Shown piece after piece: positions 1 to 9,310 of a stretch of 64,000 bases of DNA. Under the pieces are notes generated by a model. The model worked only from the letters and a program-made list of their open reading frames with translations. It was not told the DNA's origin and did no database searches. Numbering within the stretch: position 1 is the stretch's first letter; each line of letters begins with the position of its first letter. Both the position numbers and the translations under genes were made by a program. This stretch comes from Treponema sp. (lineage in GTDB: Bacteria > Spirochaetota > Spirochaetia > Treponematales > Treponemataceae): NCBI GenBank assembly GCA_017629095.1, contig JAGBXW010000006.1:34995-98994 (forward strand), written 5' to 3'.

Positions 1-1167
1 CAGCAGTTAGATGGTATCATCAACCAAGAGCAGGTAAGTCCAGTATTCCAGTGGAATCTTCCATCTCGCTATATTAAAACTACCCAGCACTACCAAAGAA
101 CATATATTCCTGCTGGAGTGCTTCTCCCAGAGCAGGCCCCTCAGTTTCAAGAGGGGCATGATGGTAGGGATTCAATTTTAACACCCTATGACTATCTGCT
201 GCAAAATACAGGAACCTACTTGTTGTATTCCAAGATGATGTATCTGAGCATTTTAGTGAGCCAAAGTCGAGGTGATAAAAACAGGCGAAAAATTGTTCGT
301 GACTTGTTGATGGAATCTCAATCAGGTGAATCCTATGTGGTATATGCTACAAAGTCAAGTTGCAGTTCTCAAAAACATGCGTATCGCAGTCTTTTGCATG
401 CAGAGAAAATTGTGCGGGAATATATCGGTTTTTTTGATTCAGTGACTTCTTACGATTACGATGCTGACGGAATCCGTGAATATATCTGTCAATTTCAGCC
501 TTACAATGCCTACATCCAAAGACGAGGTGGTTCCATCTTTGAGTTTGATGTTTTCCAAACCTACAGAAATTATGCTGGACGGGGAGAAGAAGGTTCTGGC
601 CTTTTCTTGGATTATTTTCTGGATGATTTTTCTTCTGAGCGCAACGATGCATTTTCCCGCCAGCTTTACAAGGAGCGTGCCTTTGATGGTAAGCGGAAAA
701 ATATTGAGCTTAGTGCTCGAGGAACAGTGGGGCCATCACATCAGCCAGTAAGTTTAAAAAAGAATTACGTAGTTTCTCCTGATGGTATCTTGGTGCAATA
801 TATTATCAAGAACGAGGGACGTGAACCCTTGAAACAAGTTTTTGCTGTTGATTCTCACATTTACCTTGATGCAGCTGGAAGTCATAAATTAGACACGGAA
901 CTGATTTGTGGCCAAGAGGAAGAGCTACAAGTGTTCCACAGCCAGCTTCCAGAGGGCAAGGGACGAAAAGTTTCCCAAGTGCGCTTCTCCGACCAAGAAG
1001 TTTCCTTTGTCTTTGTACTGAATGAACAAGCCCACCTTCAAATGGATGCAGAACAGGGGAAGCTCTTAGTATCACTTTGTTGGCAACTTGAAATTCCTCC
1101 TGAACGAGAGGTAGAGAAGAACATTAGCTTTGTTGTGTTACCTCGCAAGACTACAAAACGGCTTTAG
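1..1167 (+). CDS. C-terminal part of a putative glucan-processing protein (GH57-associated DUF1926-like region); 5' end lies outside the window
   Basis: Frame 1 has no stop codon from position 1, so the track's GTG at 118 is probably internal. The segment 'RRGGSIFEFDVFQTYRNY' resembles the GGxxxExD segment I recall from C-terminal domains of GH57 amylase/glucanotransferase-like proteins. A glycogen synthase gene lies 6.5 kb downstream. The family call is tentative. Confidence 0.35.
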   Translation, partial: QQLDGIINQEQVSPVFQWNLPSRYIKTTQHYQRTYIPAGVLLPEQAPQFQEGHDGRDSILTPYDYLLQNTGTYLLYSKMMYLSILVSQSRGDKNRRKIVRDLLMESQSGESYVVYATKSSCSSQKHAYRSLLHAEKIVREYIGFFDSVTSYDYDADGIREYICQFQPYNAYIQRRGGSIFEFDVFQTYRNYAGRGEEGSGLFLDYFLDDFSSERNDAFSRQLYKERAFDGKRKNIELSARGTVGPSHQPVSLKKNYVVSPDGILVQYIIKNEGREPLKQVFAVDSHIYLDAAGSHKLDTELICGQEEELQVFHSQLPEGKGRKVSQVRFSDQEVSFVFVLNEQAHLQMDAEQGKLLVSLCWQLEIPPEREVEKNISFVVLPRKTTKRL

Positions 1168-1196
1168 TTGACTAAACTCCTGTAACCCTATAAAAT
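1168..1196 (+). promoter_or_regulatory. sigma-70-like promoter upstream of metG
   Basis: TTGACT (1168-1173), a 17-nt spacer, then TAAAAT (1191-1196). It sits 74 nt upstream of the metG ATG. Confidence 0.5.
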
Positions 1197-1269
1197 TGTA
1201 ACGGTTTTCTCTAACTTGGCTTCATTTTAGGGGATTTCATATATTTTTTTTATATTTTATGGTGTTTCA

Positions 1270-3618
1270 ATGAACAGACGATTAATCACTTCCGCCTTGC
1301 CCTATGTAAATAATGTTCCCCATCTGGGCAATTTAATTCAGGTTTTATCTGCAGATGTATTTGCACGTTTTTGTCGCAGTCGTGGCTATGATACCATGTA
1401 TGTATGCGGTACCGACGAGTACGGAACTGCCACCGAGACCCGTGCCCTGGAAGAAAAAAAGACACCTCGTGAGCTTTGTGATTATTATCATGCCATCCAC
1501 GCAGAAATTTACAAGTGGTTTGAAATAGATTTTGATTATTTTGGCCGAACCTCTACGCCCCAGCAAACGGAGATTGTGCAGCAACTCTTTTTAGATCTAG
1601 ATAAACGAGGTTTTATCAAAAAAGACTCCATCCAGCAGCCCTATTGTCCCGACTGTCAGCGTTTCTTGGCAGATCGCTTTGTCCGTGGTATCTGTCCTCA
1701 TTGTGGTTACGAAGATGCTCGTGGAGACCAGTGTGAAAGTTGTGGCAAATTGCTGGAGCCTGTGGAATTAAAATCTCCCCGCTGTTCAACCTGTGGCACA
1801 GAGCCTGTAATTAAAGAGACTCGTCATTTATACATTGATTTACCTGGCATTCAAAAGGATTACGGTCCTTGGATGGAAAAGGCCAGTCAGGAAGGACGCT
1901 GGGCTAAAAATGCAGTACAAATGACCCAAGCTTGGATTCGTGACGGCTTGCATCAGCGGGCCATTACCCGAGACTTAAAGTGGGGTATTCCCGTTCCCAA
2001 AGAGGGCTTTGAAGACAAGGTATTTTACGTCTGGTTCGATGCCCCCATTGGCTACATCTCCATTACCAAGGCTTTGGCAGACAAATTGGCTGAGGAGGGA
2101 AAAGCTTCCTTTGATTGGAAATCCTGGTGGCTTCCTGCTGAATCAACAGAAGCTGCTGGAAAGCCTCCTGTGGAGCTTTTCCAGTTTATTGGTAAGGATA
2201 ACATTCCCTTCCATACTGTTATTTTCCCATCCACCCTCATCGGTTCTGGCCGTGATTGGACAAAGCTCCATCACATGTCCAGCAGCGAGTACTTGAACTA
2301 TGAGTCTGGTAAATTTTCTAAGTCCAAGGGAATTGGTGTGTTTGGTACCGATGCAAAGGAATCTGGAATCCCTGCCGATGCTTGGCGTTTCTACATCTTC
2401 TACAATCGCCCTGAAAAGTCTGACACCCAGTTTATGTGGAAGGATTTCCAGGAGAAATACAATGGTGAGCTCATTGGAAACTTAGGTAACTTGGTAAACA
2501 GAACCCTAACCTTTGTTTCTCGTTACTTTGATGGAAAGATTCCAGAAGGTATTGTTGATGAAGCATTATGGCAGCAGGTAAAGGCTAGTGAAGAGAAAAT
2601 CACCAATCTTTTGGAATGGGCAGAGCTGAAAGATGCCTTCCGGGAGATTTTTGCCCTGTCATCCATTGCAAATAAGGCATTCCAGGATGGAGAGCCTTGG
2701 AAGACTCGCACTACAGAGCCAGAAAAAGCAGCATCCCTCATTATGAACCTGTGCTATATTATCAAGGACTTGATGATTGTGGCTCATCCTTATATGCCGC
2801 AGTTTACAGAATTGGTAATGTCATATTTTGGCAAGAAGATTGCAAGTCCTTTGAGCCACTGTCCTGCAGAAGCTGGTAGTCTTACTTGGAATGACCTTGG
2901 CCAGTGCAATGGTTTGGAAACAGTTTGTGCCCCAGAAATCTATTTCAAGACCATGGATGACAAAACCATCGATTCTTATCGTCAGCGATATGCCGGTAGC
3001 CAGGCAGAGCGTTCTGCAAGTGGAGAGGCAAGTAAAGAATCTAGTGCAAAAAAGCAGGAAGGGAAGAAGGAAAAAAAGGCAAAACCTGCTCCCAAGGAGC
3101 CTGAAAAGGCCGCTGATCCTGTGGCCCACTTTAATCAGCATATTGCCTTAAAAACAGCCCGAATCCAGAAGGTGGAAAAGCATCCTGAGGCTGATAAGTT
3201 GTATATTGAAACCCTAGATGATGGTTCTGGTAGTGACCGGGTCATTTTGTCTGGACTGGTGCCATATCTGACTGCCGACCAGCTTTTAGGGAAGACTGTT
3301 ATTATTGCAGACAACTTAAAGCCCCGCAAAATGCGTGGAATCGAAAGTCGTGGTATGCTTCTTGCAGCTGATTATACTGATGCCGATGGCAAAGAATGTG
3401 TAGAAGTCCTTGATTGTAGCTGGACTAGACCTGGAACTCCTGTTGTATTGGAGGGAGCTGATCCTGCTGCACAGAAGGATGTAGAAATTGATGCAGATAC
3501 CTTCTTTGCTGTGGATATCGCCGTTGTAAACAAGACCGTTACCATTGGTGGCGTTCCCCTTATGGCAGGAGGCAAGGTTATCACCACCCAGATGACCGTC
3601 AACGGTGAGATGCACTAA
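1270..3618 (+). CDS. metG: methionine--tRNA ligase with C-terminal tRNA-binding (EMAP/Trbp111-like) domain
   Basis: N-terminal 'ALPYVNNVPHLGN' (HIGH-type motif), 'KFSKSKG' (KMSKS motif) and a Cys-rich zinc knuckle (CPDC...CPHC...CESC...CSTC). The C-terminus 'KHPEADKLYIETLDDGSG...LKPRKMRGIESRGMLLAA' is typical of the tRNA-binding domain. Confidence 0.97.
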   Translation: MNRRLITSALPYVNNVPHLGNLIQVLSADVFARFCRSRGYDTMYVCGTDEYGTATETRALEEKKTPRELCDYYHAIHAEIYKWFEIDFDYFGRTSTPQQTEIVQQLFLDLDKRGFIKKDSIQQPYCPDCQRFLADRFVRGICPHCGYEDARGDQCESCGKLLEPVELKSPRCSTCGTEPVIKETRHLYIDLPGIQKDYGPWMEKASQEGRWAKNAVQMTQAWIRDGLHQRAITRDLKWGIPVPKEGFEDKVFYVWFDAPIGYISITKALADKLAEEGKASFDWKSWWLPAESTEAAGKPPVELFQFIGKDNIPFHTVIFPSTLIGSGRDWTKLHHMSSSEYLNYESGKFSKSKGIGVFGTDAKESGIPADAWRFYIFYNRPEKSDTQFMWKDFQEKYNGELIGNLGNLVNRTLTFVSRYFDGKIPEGIVDEALWQQVKASEEKITNLLEWAELKDAFREIFALSSIANKAFQDGEPWKTRTTEPEKAASLIMNLCYIIKDLMIVAHPYMPQFTELVMSYFGKKIASPLSHCPAEAGSLTWNDLGQCNGLETVCAPEIYFKTMDDKTIDSYRQRYAGSQAERSASGEASKESSAKKQEGKKEKKAKPAPKEPEKAADPVAHFNQHIALKTARIQKVEKHPEADKLYIETLDDGSGSDRVILSGLVPYLTADQLLGKTVIIADNLKPRKMRGIESRGMLLAADYTDADGKECVEVLDCSWTRPGTPVVLEGADPAAQKDVEIDADTFFAVDIAVVNKTVTIGGVPLMAGGKVITTQMTVNGEMH

Positions 3619-3623
3619 TTCCC

Positions 3624-4754
3624 ATGGAGCTGTATCTTTCAGCACAGGAGTTTCCTGCAGAATTATCTGCAGAGTTTTCTGCAGGAAGTCTTGAGCCCAC
3701 CCACTTTTTACAAACTGACTTTTGGGCCTCTTTTAAAGAGGCTCACGGTTGGAAGCCTCTTCGCGTTTATGGAAGCTATAAGCCGAAAGATTATCTTTCC
3801 CAGTGGACAGGAAACAATGCTGCCTGCTTTACTTGTTCAATCCTCATGAGAAGTTTTTCTCTGCCTGTAGTGGGAAAAGTTTCCTTAGCTTACATTCCCA
3901 TGGGAGTAGAACTGAGTCAAACTCCTGAAATCATGACAGAAACTGTTGCCTATGGTAAATTTTTGTCTGATTTTTCATACAGTCTAAGAAGTTTTCTTGA
4001 TAAAAACACCCTGTGTATTCGATTTGATATTCCCGTTGATCTTTATTCTTTAGAAGATCGGGATACTTATCGTAAAACAATTCCCTGTAGTTTTGCTCCA
4101 GATAATATTCAGCCACCAGATACTGTGCTGGTGGATTTAACAGCTAGCTTGGAGGAAATCCTTGCTCGAATGAAGAGCAAGTGGCGTTACAATATTCGTT
4201 TAGCAGAAAAGAAGGGAGTGCAGGTGCGGCAAGCCTCTTTTGAGGAAATTGATGTTTTTTATGATTTGTATAAAACAACCTCCCAAAGAGATGGAATTGC
4301 TATTCACCATAAGGAGTATTACAAGGACTTGCTAGAACGGGGGGAAAGGGATGCTGCTTCAAAGGTGGATTTATATATTGCATCTTATGAAAATGAGCCT
4401 TTAGCAGCTATTATTACGCTGTTTGCTGGCAAGGAAGCTGTCTATTTATATGGAGCTTCTTCCAATAACCACCGTAATCTTATGCCAGCCTACCTTTTGC
4501 AATGGAAGGCTATGGAGGCTGCAAAGGTTGCTGGATGCCAGGTGTACGATATGTATGGCATTCCCCCCACCGATGATGAAAATCATCCCATGCATGGCTT
4601 GTATCGATTTAAAACTGGCTTTGGTGGACAAGTTGTTCATCGGCCTGGTAGTTTGGATATTCCCTTGAGTCCTTTGTATAAATTCTATGTTTTAGGGGAG
4701 CGATTACGGAATTTTTGGTACAAGCGGGTAAAAAAGTTGCTGGCTGGTCGTTAG
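3624..4754 (+). CDS. FemAB/FemX-family peptidoglycan peptide-bridge aminoacyltransferase (aminoacyl-tRNA dependent)
   Basis: 'FLQTDFWASFKEAHGWKP' near the N-terminus, 'KSKWRYNIRLAEKKGV', 'YLYGASS' and 'GLYRFKTGFGG' are characteristic of the FemABX family. It starts 5 nt after the metG stop. Confidence 0.8.
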   Translation: MELYLSAQEFPAELSAEFSAGSLEPTHFLQTDFWASFKEAHGWKPLRVYGSYKPKDYLSQWTGNNAACFTCSILMRSFSLPVVGKVSLAYIPMGVELSQTPEIMTETVAYGKFLSDFSYSLRSFLDKNTLCIRFDIPVDLYSLEDRDTYRKTIPCSFAPDNIQPPDTVLVDLTASLEEILARMKSKWRYNIRLAEKKGVQVRQASFEEIDVFYDLYKTTSQRDGIAIHHKEYYKDLLERGERDAASKVDLYIASYENEPLAAIITLFAGKEAVYLYGASSNNHRNLMPAYLLQWKAMEAAKVAGCQVYDMYGIPPTDDENHPMHGLYRFKTGFGGQVVHRPGSLDIPLSPLYKFYVLGERLRNFWYKRVKKLLAGR

Positions 4755-4770
4755 AATCAGTCTAATGATG

Positions 4771-4790
4771 TATAATTTTGTATAATTTTT
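4771..4790 (+). promoter_or_regulatory. tandem duplicated -10-like boxes (TATAATTTTG/TATAATTTTT) directly upstream of the trpS RBS
   Basis: Two adjacent copies of TATAATTTT are followed by GGAGG (4791-4795) and the ATG at 4800. No clear -35 element was found. Confidence 0.35.
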
Positions 4791-4799
4791 GGAGGAAAT

Positions 4800-5915
4800 A
4801 TGAGCCAAGATGGTATGGAAAAGGATAAAGAAGGAGTTGTTTCTCAGGGAATATCTCCAGGAACCTACGAGGTAGCTCTGGAACGGAGCAAGAAGCTAGA
4901 GGCAGAAATTGCTGCTAATCCTCAAAAGTTCAGGGTATTGACTGGAGATCGTCCCACTGGTCGTCTTCACATTGGACACTATTTTGGCTCTTTGCAAAAC
5001 CGTGTTCGTCTTTCCAAAATGGGAGTTCCCACCACCATTTTAATTGCAGACTATCAGGTTCTCACGGACCATGATGCCTTTAATGAGATTTCTCAAAACA
5101 CAAAGCAGCTGGTTATTGACTACTTAGCCTGTGGTATTGAACCAAGCAAGGATGTCATCATCTATCCTCATAGCTATGTGCCAGAAGCAAATCAGCTTAT
5201 GTTGCCTTTTTTGACCCTTATTTCCAATGCTGAGTTGGGAAGAAATCCTACCGTAAAAGAAGAAATTCAAGCTGCGGGAATCAAAAGTGTAAATGCAGGG
5301 ATGTATACCTATCCTGTACACCAAGCCTGTGACATTCTTTTCTGCAAGGCAAATGTGGTGCCTGTGGGAAAGGATCAGTTGCCTCACTTGGAAATGACTC
5401 GTACCATTGCCCGTCGCTTTAACGAGAAATTTTCTCCCAAAAAACCCGTATTCCCTGAGCCCCAGGCTTTGTTAAGTAAGACTCCCAGCATCCTTGGTCT
5501 AGACGGTAGCCAGAAAATGAGTAAGAGTCGTGGAAATGCCATTATGCTTTCTGCCACCGAGGACGAAACTGCAGCCCTTATCAAGAAGGCCAAGACCGAT
5601 GCTGATAGAAACATTACCTATGACCCAGACAATCGCCCAGAGGTGGCAAATCTGTTGATGCTGATTTCTCTTTGTACTGGAGATGAGCCCCAGCTGATTG
5701 CTGAGAGACTTGGTGACGGTGGTGGTGGAGCTTTGAAGAAGCTTTTGACTGAATCCTTGAATGAAACCCTTCGTCCTATTCGTACTCGTCGTGCTGAACT
5801 GGAAAAGGAGCCTGAATACATCAGAAAGGTGTTGCTTGATGGTGTAGAGGTAGCCCAGGCTATGGCCCAGGCCACTCTGAAAGAAGTTCGCTCTGTTATG
5901 AATATGGAGATTTAG
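4800..5915 (+). CDS. trpS: tryptophan--tRNA ligase
   Basis: 'TGDRPTGRLHIGHY' (HIGH) and 'KMSKS' motifs. Length and overall pattern fit a class I TrpRS. Confidence 0.95.
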   Translation: MSQDGMEKDKEGVVSQGISPGTYEVALERSKKLEAEIAANPQKFRVLTGDRPTGRLHIGHYFGSLQNRVRLSKMGVPTTILIADYQVLTDHDAFNEISQNTKQLVIDYLACGIEPSKDVIIYPHSYVPEANQLMLPFLTLISNAELGRNPTVKEEIQAAGIKSVNAGMYTYPVHQACDILFCKANVVPVGKDQLPHLEMTRTIARRFNEKFSPKKPVFPEPQALLSKTPSILGLDGSQKMSKSRGNAIMLSATEDETAALIKKAKTDADRNITYDPDNRPEVANLLMLISLCTGDEPQLIAERLGDGGGGALKKLLTESLNETLRPIRTRRAELEKEPEYIRKVLLDGVEVAQAMAQATLKEVRSVMNMEI

Positions 5916-5932
5916 CTTTTGTCAGAAACCCC

Positions 5933-6790
5933 TTACCGCTCATTTTGTTGTGGTGAGGGGTTTTCTTCTGTAGATTGCTTTTCTTCAACTAAAGACTTTC
6001 CAATTAAAAATTCCAAGGTGGCTGTTACATCTCCTGCAATCATGTATTCAGTGAGTACTGGATATTTTGTAAGAATTTCACCAAGATTTACCAGGGCAGA
6101 AAAATTATCGCTTTCGGTAATTTCTTGGGCCCCAGTTCCTTCGATAATGCTATTAAGATAGGCATTTTTTGCTGTGAGATACAGGCTTGCATCAGGCATC
6201 TTTACATCACGAATATCTGTGGAAACAATTTCCAACCAAGGTGATTTTTTCATTAATTCTGTAGCTTCCACCAATTCTTTTGCAGTGATAGTTTGAATTA
6301 GTAGTCCTGTGGTGTCATTTTGTGTCTCTTGGAGCAAGTAGGAGGTAATGGCAATGTTGAATTGATGAAGCTCATCTCGAATCAGCTTTTCCAGTGCCTC
6401 TTGGTTCTGAAGGTTATGCTGTTCCACCAATGAGATTAAATTGTCTTGATGTATTTTTGCCTTGCTTTCCACAGTGATGGCATAGGTGAAATCAGGATTT
6501 CCCTCCAGTTTTGTGGCGTACAGTTGTGCTGAAGGAAGGGCTGCGCTAAAGGTGTCTGTTTGGGTGATGGGATCTAGGGAAAAGATTTTCAGCTGGGTGT
6601 TGGTAGGTAAAAGTCTCTCCCATCGCCATAGGAATTTTCCAGATTGAATAAGCTCTGGGTATACGCCACTTGTTTTTGATTGGAGAATGCCATACTGACC
6701 CAAAGGCACGTCGAATTGAACCCAGCCAAGGTAAAAGACTATTCCGCCAAATAGGATAAGTATAATCAAGGAAACAAGGGCTTTTTTCAT
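5933..6790 (-). CDS. membrane-anchored hypothetical protein, possibly SPFH/band-7-like
   Basis: The preferred start is the ATG at 6790 (MKKALVSLIILILFGGIVFYLGW, one N-terminal TM helix). The track ORF extends to 6865 without an RBS. 'VPLGQYGILQSK..G...ELIQSGKFLWRW' weakly resembles the start of SPFH domains. Confidence 0.55.
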   Translation of the reverse strand: MKKALVSLIILILFGGIVFYLGWVQFDVPLGQYGILQSKTSGVYPELIQSGKFLWRWERLLPTNTQLKIFSLDPITQTDTFSAALPSAQLYATKLEGNPDFTYAITVESKAKIHQDNLISLVEQHNLQNQEALEKLIRDELHQFNIAITSYLLQETQNDTTGLLIQTITAKELVEATELMKKSPWLEIVSTDIRDVKMPDASLYLTAKNAYLNSIIEGTGAQEITESDNFSALVNLGEILTKYPVLTEYMIAGDVTATLEFLIGKSLVEEKQSTEENPSPQQNER

Positions 6791-6904
6791 TTTACTAGAA
6801 CCGCCTAAAAGATAAGTTATTGAAGAAACAAGCACTAATAAACCACGTAAAAATTGACGAAGCATAGTGGTTTGCTTATACTATATTATATCTAGGAAGG
6901 GGTT

Positions 6905-7282
6905 TTGTCTGCAAGGTTTCGTATGAGAAAAAAAGAGAAAAAAATAGAGCCACATTATAGACATCCCTTGTTTCAGCTTACCAATAGAGTCCTTGTTTTT
7001 TTTAGTTTATTTGTCGTTGTCTCCATCTTTTTTTATATTACTGGTAGTATTAACCAGTTTTTAGATTCCAGTCTGCTTTTTATTTTGGGAATCCTACAGG
7101 TTGCTTCTGTAATAACCCTTGTTCTGTGTGTTTTCTCTTTTATTCAGGTAGTAGTTTTCTCTATATATTATAAAGAATTATTTTATCTTTGGCATTTATT
7201 CTACATTATATTTTCAATTGTTGTGTCAGTCATTGGTTTTATCTTCTCTGGTGTTATCACTGTGCTTTCAGCTGGAATGTAG
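6905..7282 (+). CDS. small polytopic membrane protein, function unknown
   Basis: About 3-4 hydrophobic helices (e.g. 'VLVFFSLFVVVSIFFYI', 'LFILGILQVASVITLVLCVF'). The start is ambiguous, either TTG at 6905 or ATG at 6923. It is divergent from the 5933-6790 gene. Confidence 0.5.
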   Translation: MSARFRMRKKEKKIEPHYRHPLFQLTNRVLVFFSLFVVVSIFFYITGSINQFLDSSLLFILGILQVASVITLVLCVFSFIQVVVFSIYYKELFYLWHLFYIIFSIVVSVIGFIFSGVITVLSAGM

Positions 7283-7322
7283 GCTTGACAGAAAACCACT
7301 GCCCATTTATCATTTAAAAGTT

Positions 7323-7727
7323 ATGGCTAAACGATTGTACGGAATCCGCGGTGCTGTGTGTTGCGGAAATACTGCACAGGAAATTCAAGATGCAGTGTAT
7401 GATATGTGCTCTCGGCTTTTTGCTGAGAATGGATTGCAGGGAGATGATTTTGTATCCCTCCATTTTACCATGACTGGAGACCTAGATGCTTTGAATCCAG
7501 CAGCGGCTCTTCGTCGCAGTGCCTGTGGAGACTTAGTTGGAACTGCAGCCTTGTTTTGTAGTGCCGAAGCTCCTGTTCAGGGGGGCTTGCCCCGCACTAT
7601 CCGTCTTTTAGTGACCGCCTACATGGAAGAAGGCCATAAGCCTGTTCATATTTATACTGGCGGGGCAGAGGTGCTTCGTCCCGATTTTGTCCAAGCTCAA
7701 AAATCATCTCATCAGGTTTCACCATGA
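7323..7727 (+). CDS. aroH: AroH-type (monofunctional) chorismate mutase
   Basis: 'LYGIRGAV', 'GDLDALNPAAALRR', 'GGLPRTIRLLV' and 'VLRPDF' are collinear with Bacillus subtilis AroH (GIRGAT ... PDLHAVFPAKAVR ... GGLKKCIRVMM ... VLRPDL). The true start is taken as the ATG at 7323. The 7218 start in the track overlaps the preceding gene. Confidence 0.8.
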   Translation: MAKRLYGIRGAVCCGNTAQEIQDAVYDMCSRLFAENGLQGDDFVSLHFTMTGDLDALNPAAALRRSACGDLVGTAALFCSAEAPVQGGLPRTIRLLVTAYMEEGHKPVHIYTGGAEVLRPDFVQAQKSSHQVSP

Positions 7728-9310
7728 GTTCACGATATCCAAAGAACGTATGGCTTGTCAGTCGAGAATATGCAGGAATAGCTGAGGCTGGTGGCGTCAA
7801 GAATGTGGCCTGTTCTCTCTGTGAGGGCTTGGCCAACAGAGGAATCCACGTCACCTTGCTGATTCCCCGCTACGGTTGTACTGATTTTGTCTTGACTACA
7901 GGCTATACTCCAAATGTCATTCCTCCCCAGCATATTTATGTGGATGGCAAGGATTACGTGGTATCCTTTGACAAGGCTCAGGTTGGCAAGGTGGAGGTTA
8001 TCTTTGTTATCCACCAAATCTACAGTGAAAAGGCTGGTGTCTACACCTATACCATGGCAGACGAGCGTCGGAACAATAGCCAGGTGCGGGGCACTGGTTT
8101 TCATGACGCCTTGCTGATGGATGTGCTTTTTCAAAAGGCCGTTTTAGTGTATGGCATGGTTTCCCAAGCTGTTCCCCAGATTATCCATTGTCAGGATGCA
8201 GCCACTGCCCTGATTCCAGCTATGGCTCGTTGTGGAGATGAGTTTAAGGAAAGGTATGAGACCGTCAAGTTTGTTGTAACGGTACATAATGCAGGGCCTG
8301 GCTATCATCATGAGCTCCACGGTCTTGATATGGCTGCTTCGTTTACTGGCATTCCCAGCTCTGTTCTTGCAGACTGCATGAATGGCAATGCAGTAGAGCC
8401 ATTTTTGGCTGCTGGCCATTTTGCCGCCTTAACTACCGTGTCTCCCTGGTATGCCCAGGAATTGATGGATGCAGAGAACAAGGATACTGTAGGGCTTTCC
8501 CAACTCTTTATTGACAAGGGATTTTCCATTACAGGAATCACCAACGGCATCGATTGTTATCGTTACGATCCCTCCAGCAAGCATTCCTCCTTGTTGCCCT
8601 TTGCCTTTTCTCCTGAAAAAGGTGTTATGGAAGGAAAATATAAGAACCGCCGTTACTTCATCCAAAATTATGCCTCGGAATCCAGCAAGATGTTGTCCAA
8701 CGAGTTCATTCGTTCTGGAAGTATTTCTGATAGCGATATAGAAGGAAAGCGGGGAAAACGGGCTGTTTATTTTTGTTATCACGGAAGAATTGCCAGCCAA
8801 AAGGGAATAGACGTTTTGGCCGATGCTGCTGCTATGCTTTTGATTGCCCGCAAGGATGTACGATTTTTGTTGGTGGGGCAAGGGGAATCTGCATTAGAAA
8901 ATAGATTGTCTCAACTGGCAATGGATTTTCCTGGTCAATGTGTGTATTTACAAGGATACGATAGGGCTGTTTCTCGGCTTTCCACTGCGGCGGCAGACTT
9001 TATTGTATTGCCCAGCAAGTTTGAACCCTGTGGACTTGAGGATTTCATTGCACAGCTCTATGGAACGATTCCTGTGGCCCATGCTACTGGTGGTTTACAA
9101 AAGATTATTCATGGGCAAACAGGTTTTCTCTATGAGAATAATTCTGGAGAAAATTTATTTTCAGTTATGAATGAATTGGCAGATTTAGCAAGAAATGATT
9201 TTACAAAGTTGGAAAAAATAATTTCTTGCGGGGCAGAGTATGTACAGAAGAACTATGACTGGACTTCTGTTATCCACGATAAATATTTGCCTTTCTATTG
9301 CGAACTATAA
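7724..9310 (+). CDS. glgA: glycogen/starch synthase (GT5)
   Basis: N-terminal 'SREYAGIAEAGGVKNV' (KTGGL-type motif) and C-terminal 'PSKFEPCGLEDFIAQLYGTIPVAHATGGL'. The ATG overlaps the aroH stop (ATGA). Confidence 0.9.
   Translation: MSSRYPKNVWLVSREYAGIAEAGGVKNVACSLCEGLANRGIHVTLLIPRYGCTDFVLTTGYTPNVIPPQHIYVDGKDYVVSFDKAQVGKVEVIFVIHQIYSEKAGVYTYTMADERRNNSQVRGTGFHDALLMDVLFQKAVLVYGMVSQAVPQIIHCQDAATALIPAMARCGDEFKERYETVKFVVTVHNAGPGYHHELHGLDMAASFTGIPSSVLADCMNGNAVEPFLAAGHFAALTTVSPWYAQELMDAENKDTVGLSQLFIDKGFSITGITNGIDCYRYDPSSKHSSLLPFAFSPEKGVMEGKYKNRRYFIQNYASESSKMLSNEFIRSGSISDSDIEGKRGKRAVYFCYHGRIASQKGIDVLADAAAMLLIARKDVRFLLVGQGESALENRLSQLAMDFPGQCVYLQGYDRAVSRLSTAAADFIVLPSKFEPCGLEDFIAQLYGTIPVAHATGGLQKIIHGQTGFLYENNSGENLFSVMNELADLARNDFTKLEKIISCGAEYVQKNYDWTSVIHDKYLPFYCEL

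Noticed and set aside
7218-7322. An upstream extension of the chorismate mutase ORF overlapping the preceding membrane-protein gene.
   Set aside because: AroH homology begins at MAKRLYGIRGA (7323). The extension is a read-through of the neighbouring gene's 3' end in another frame.
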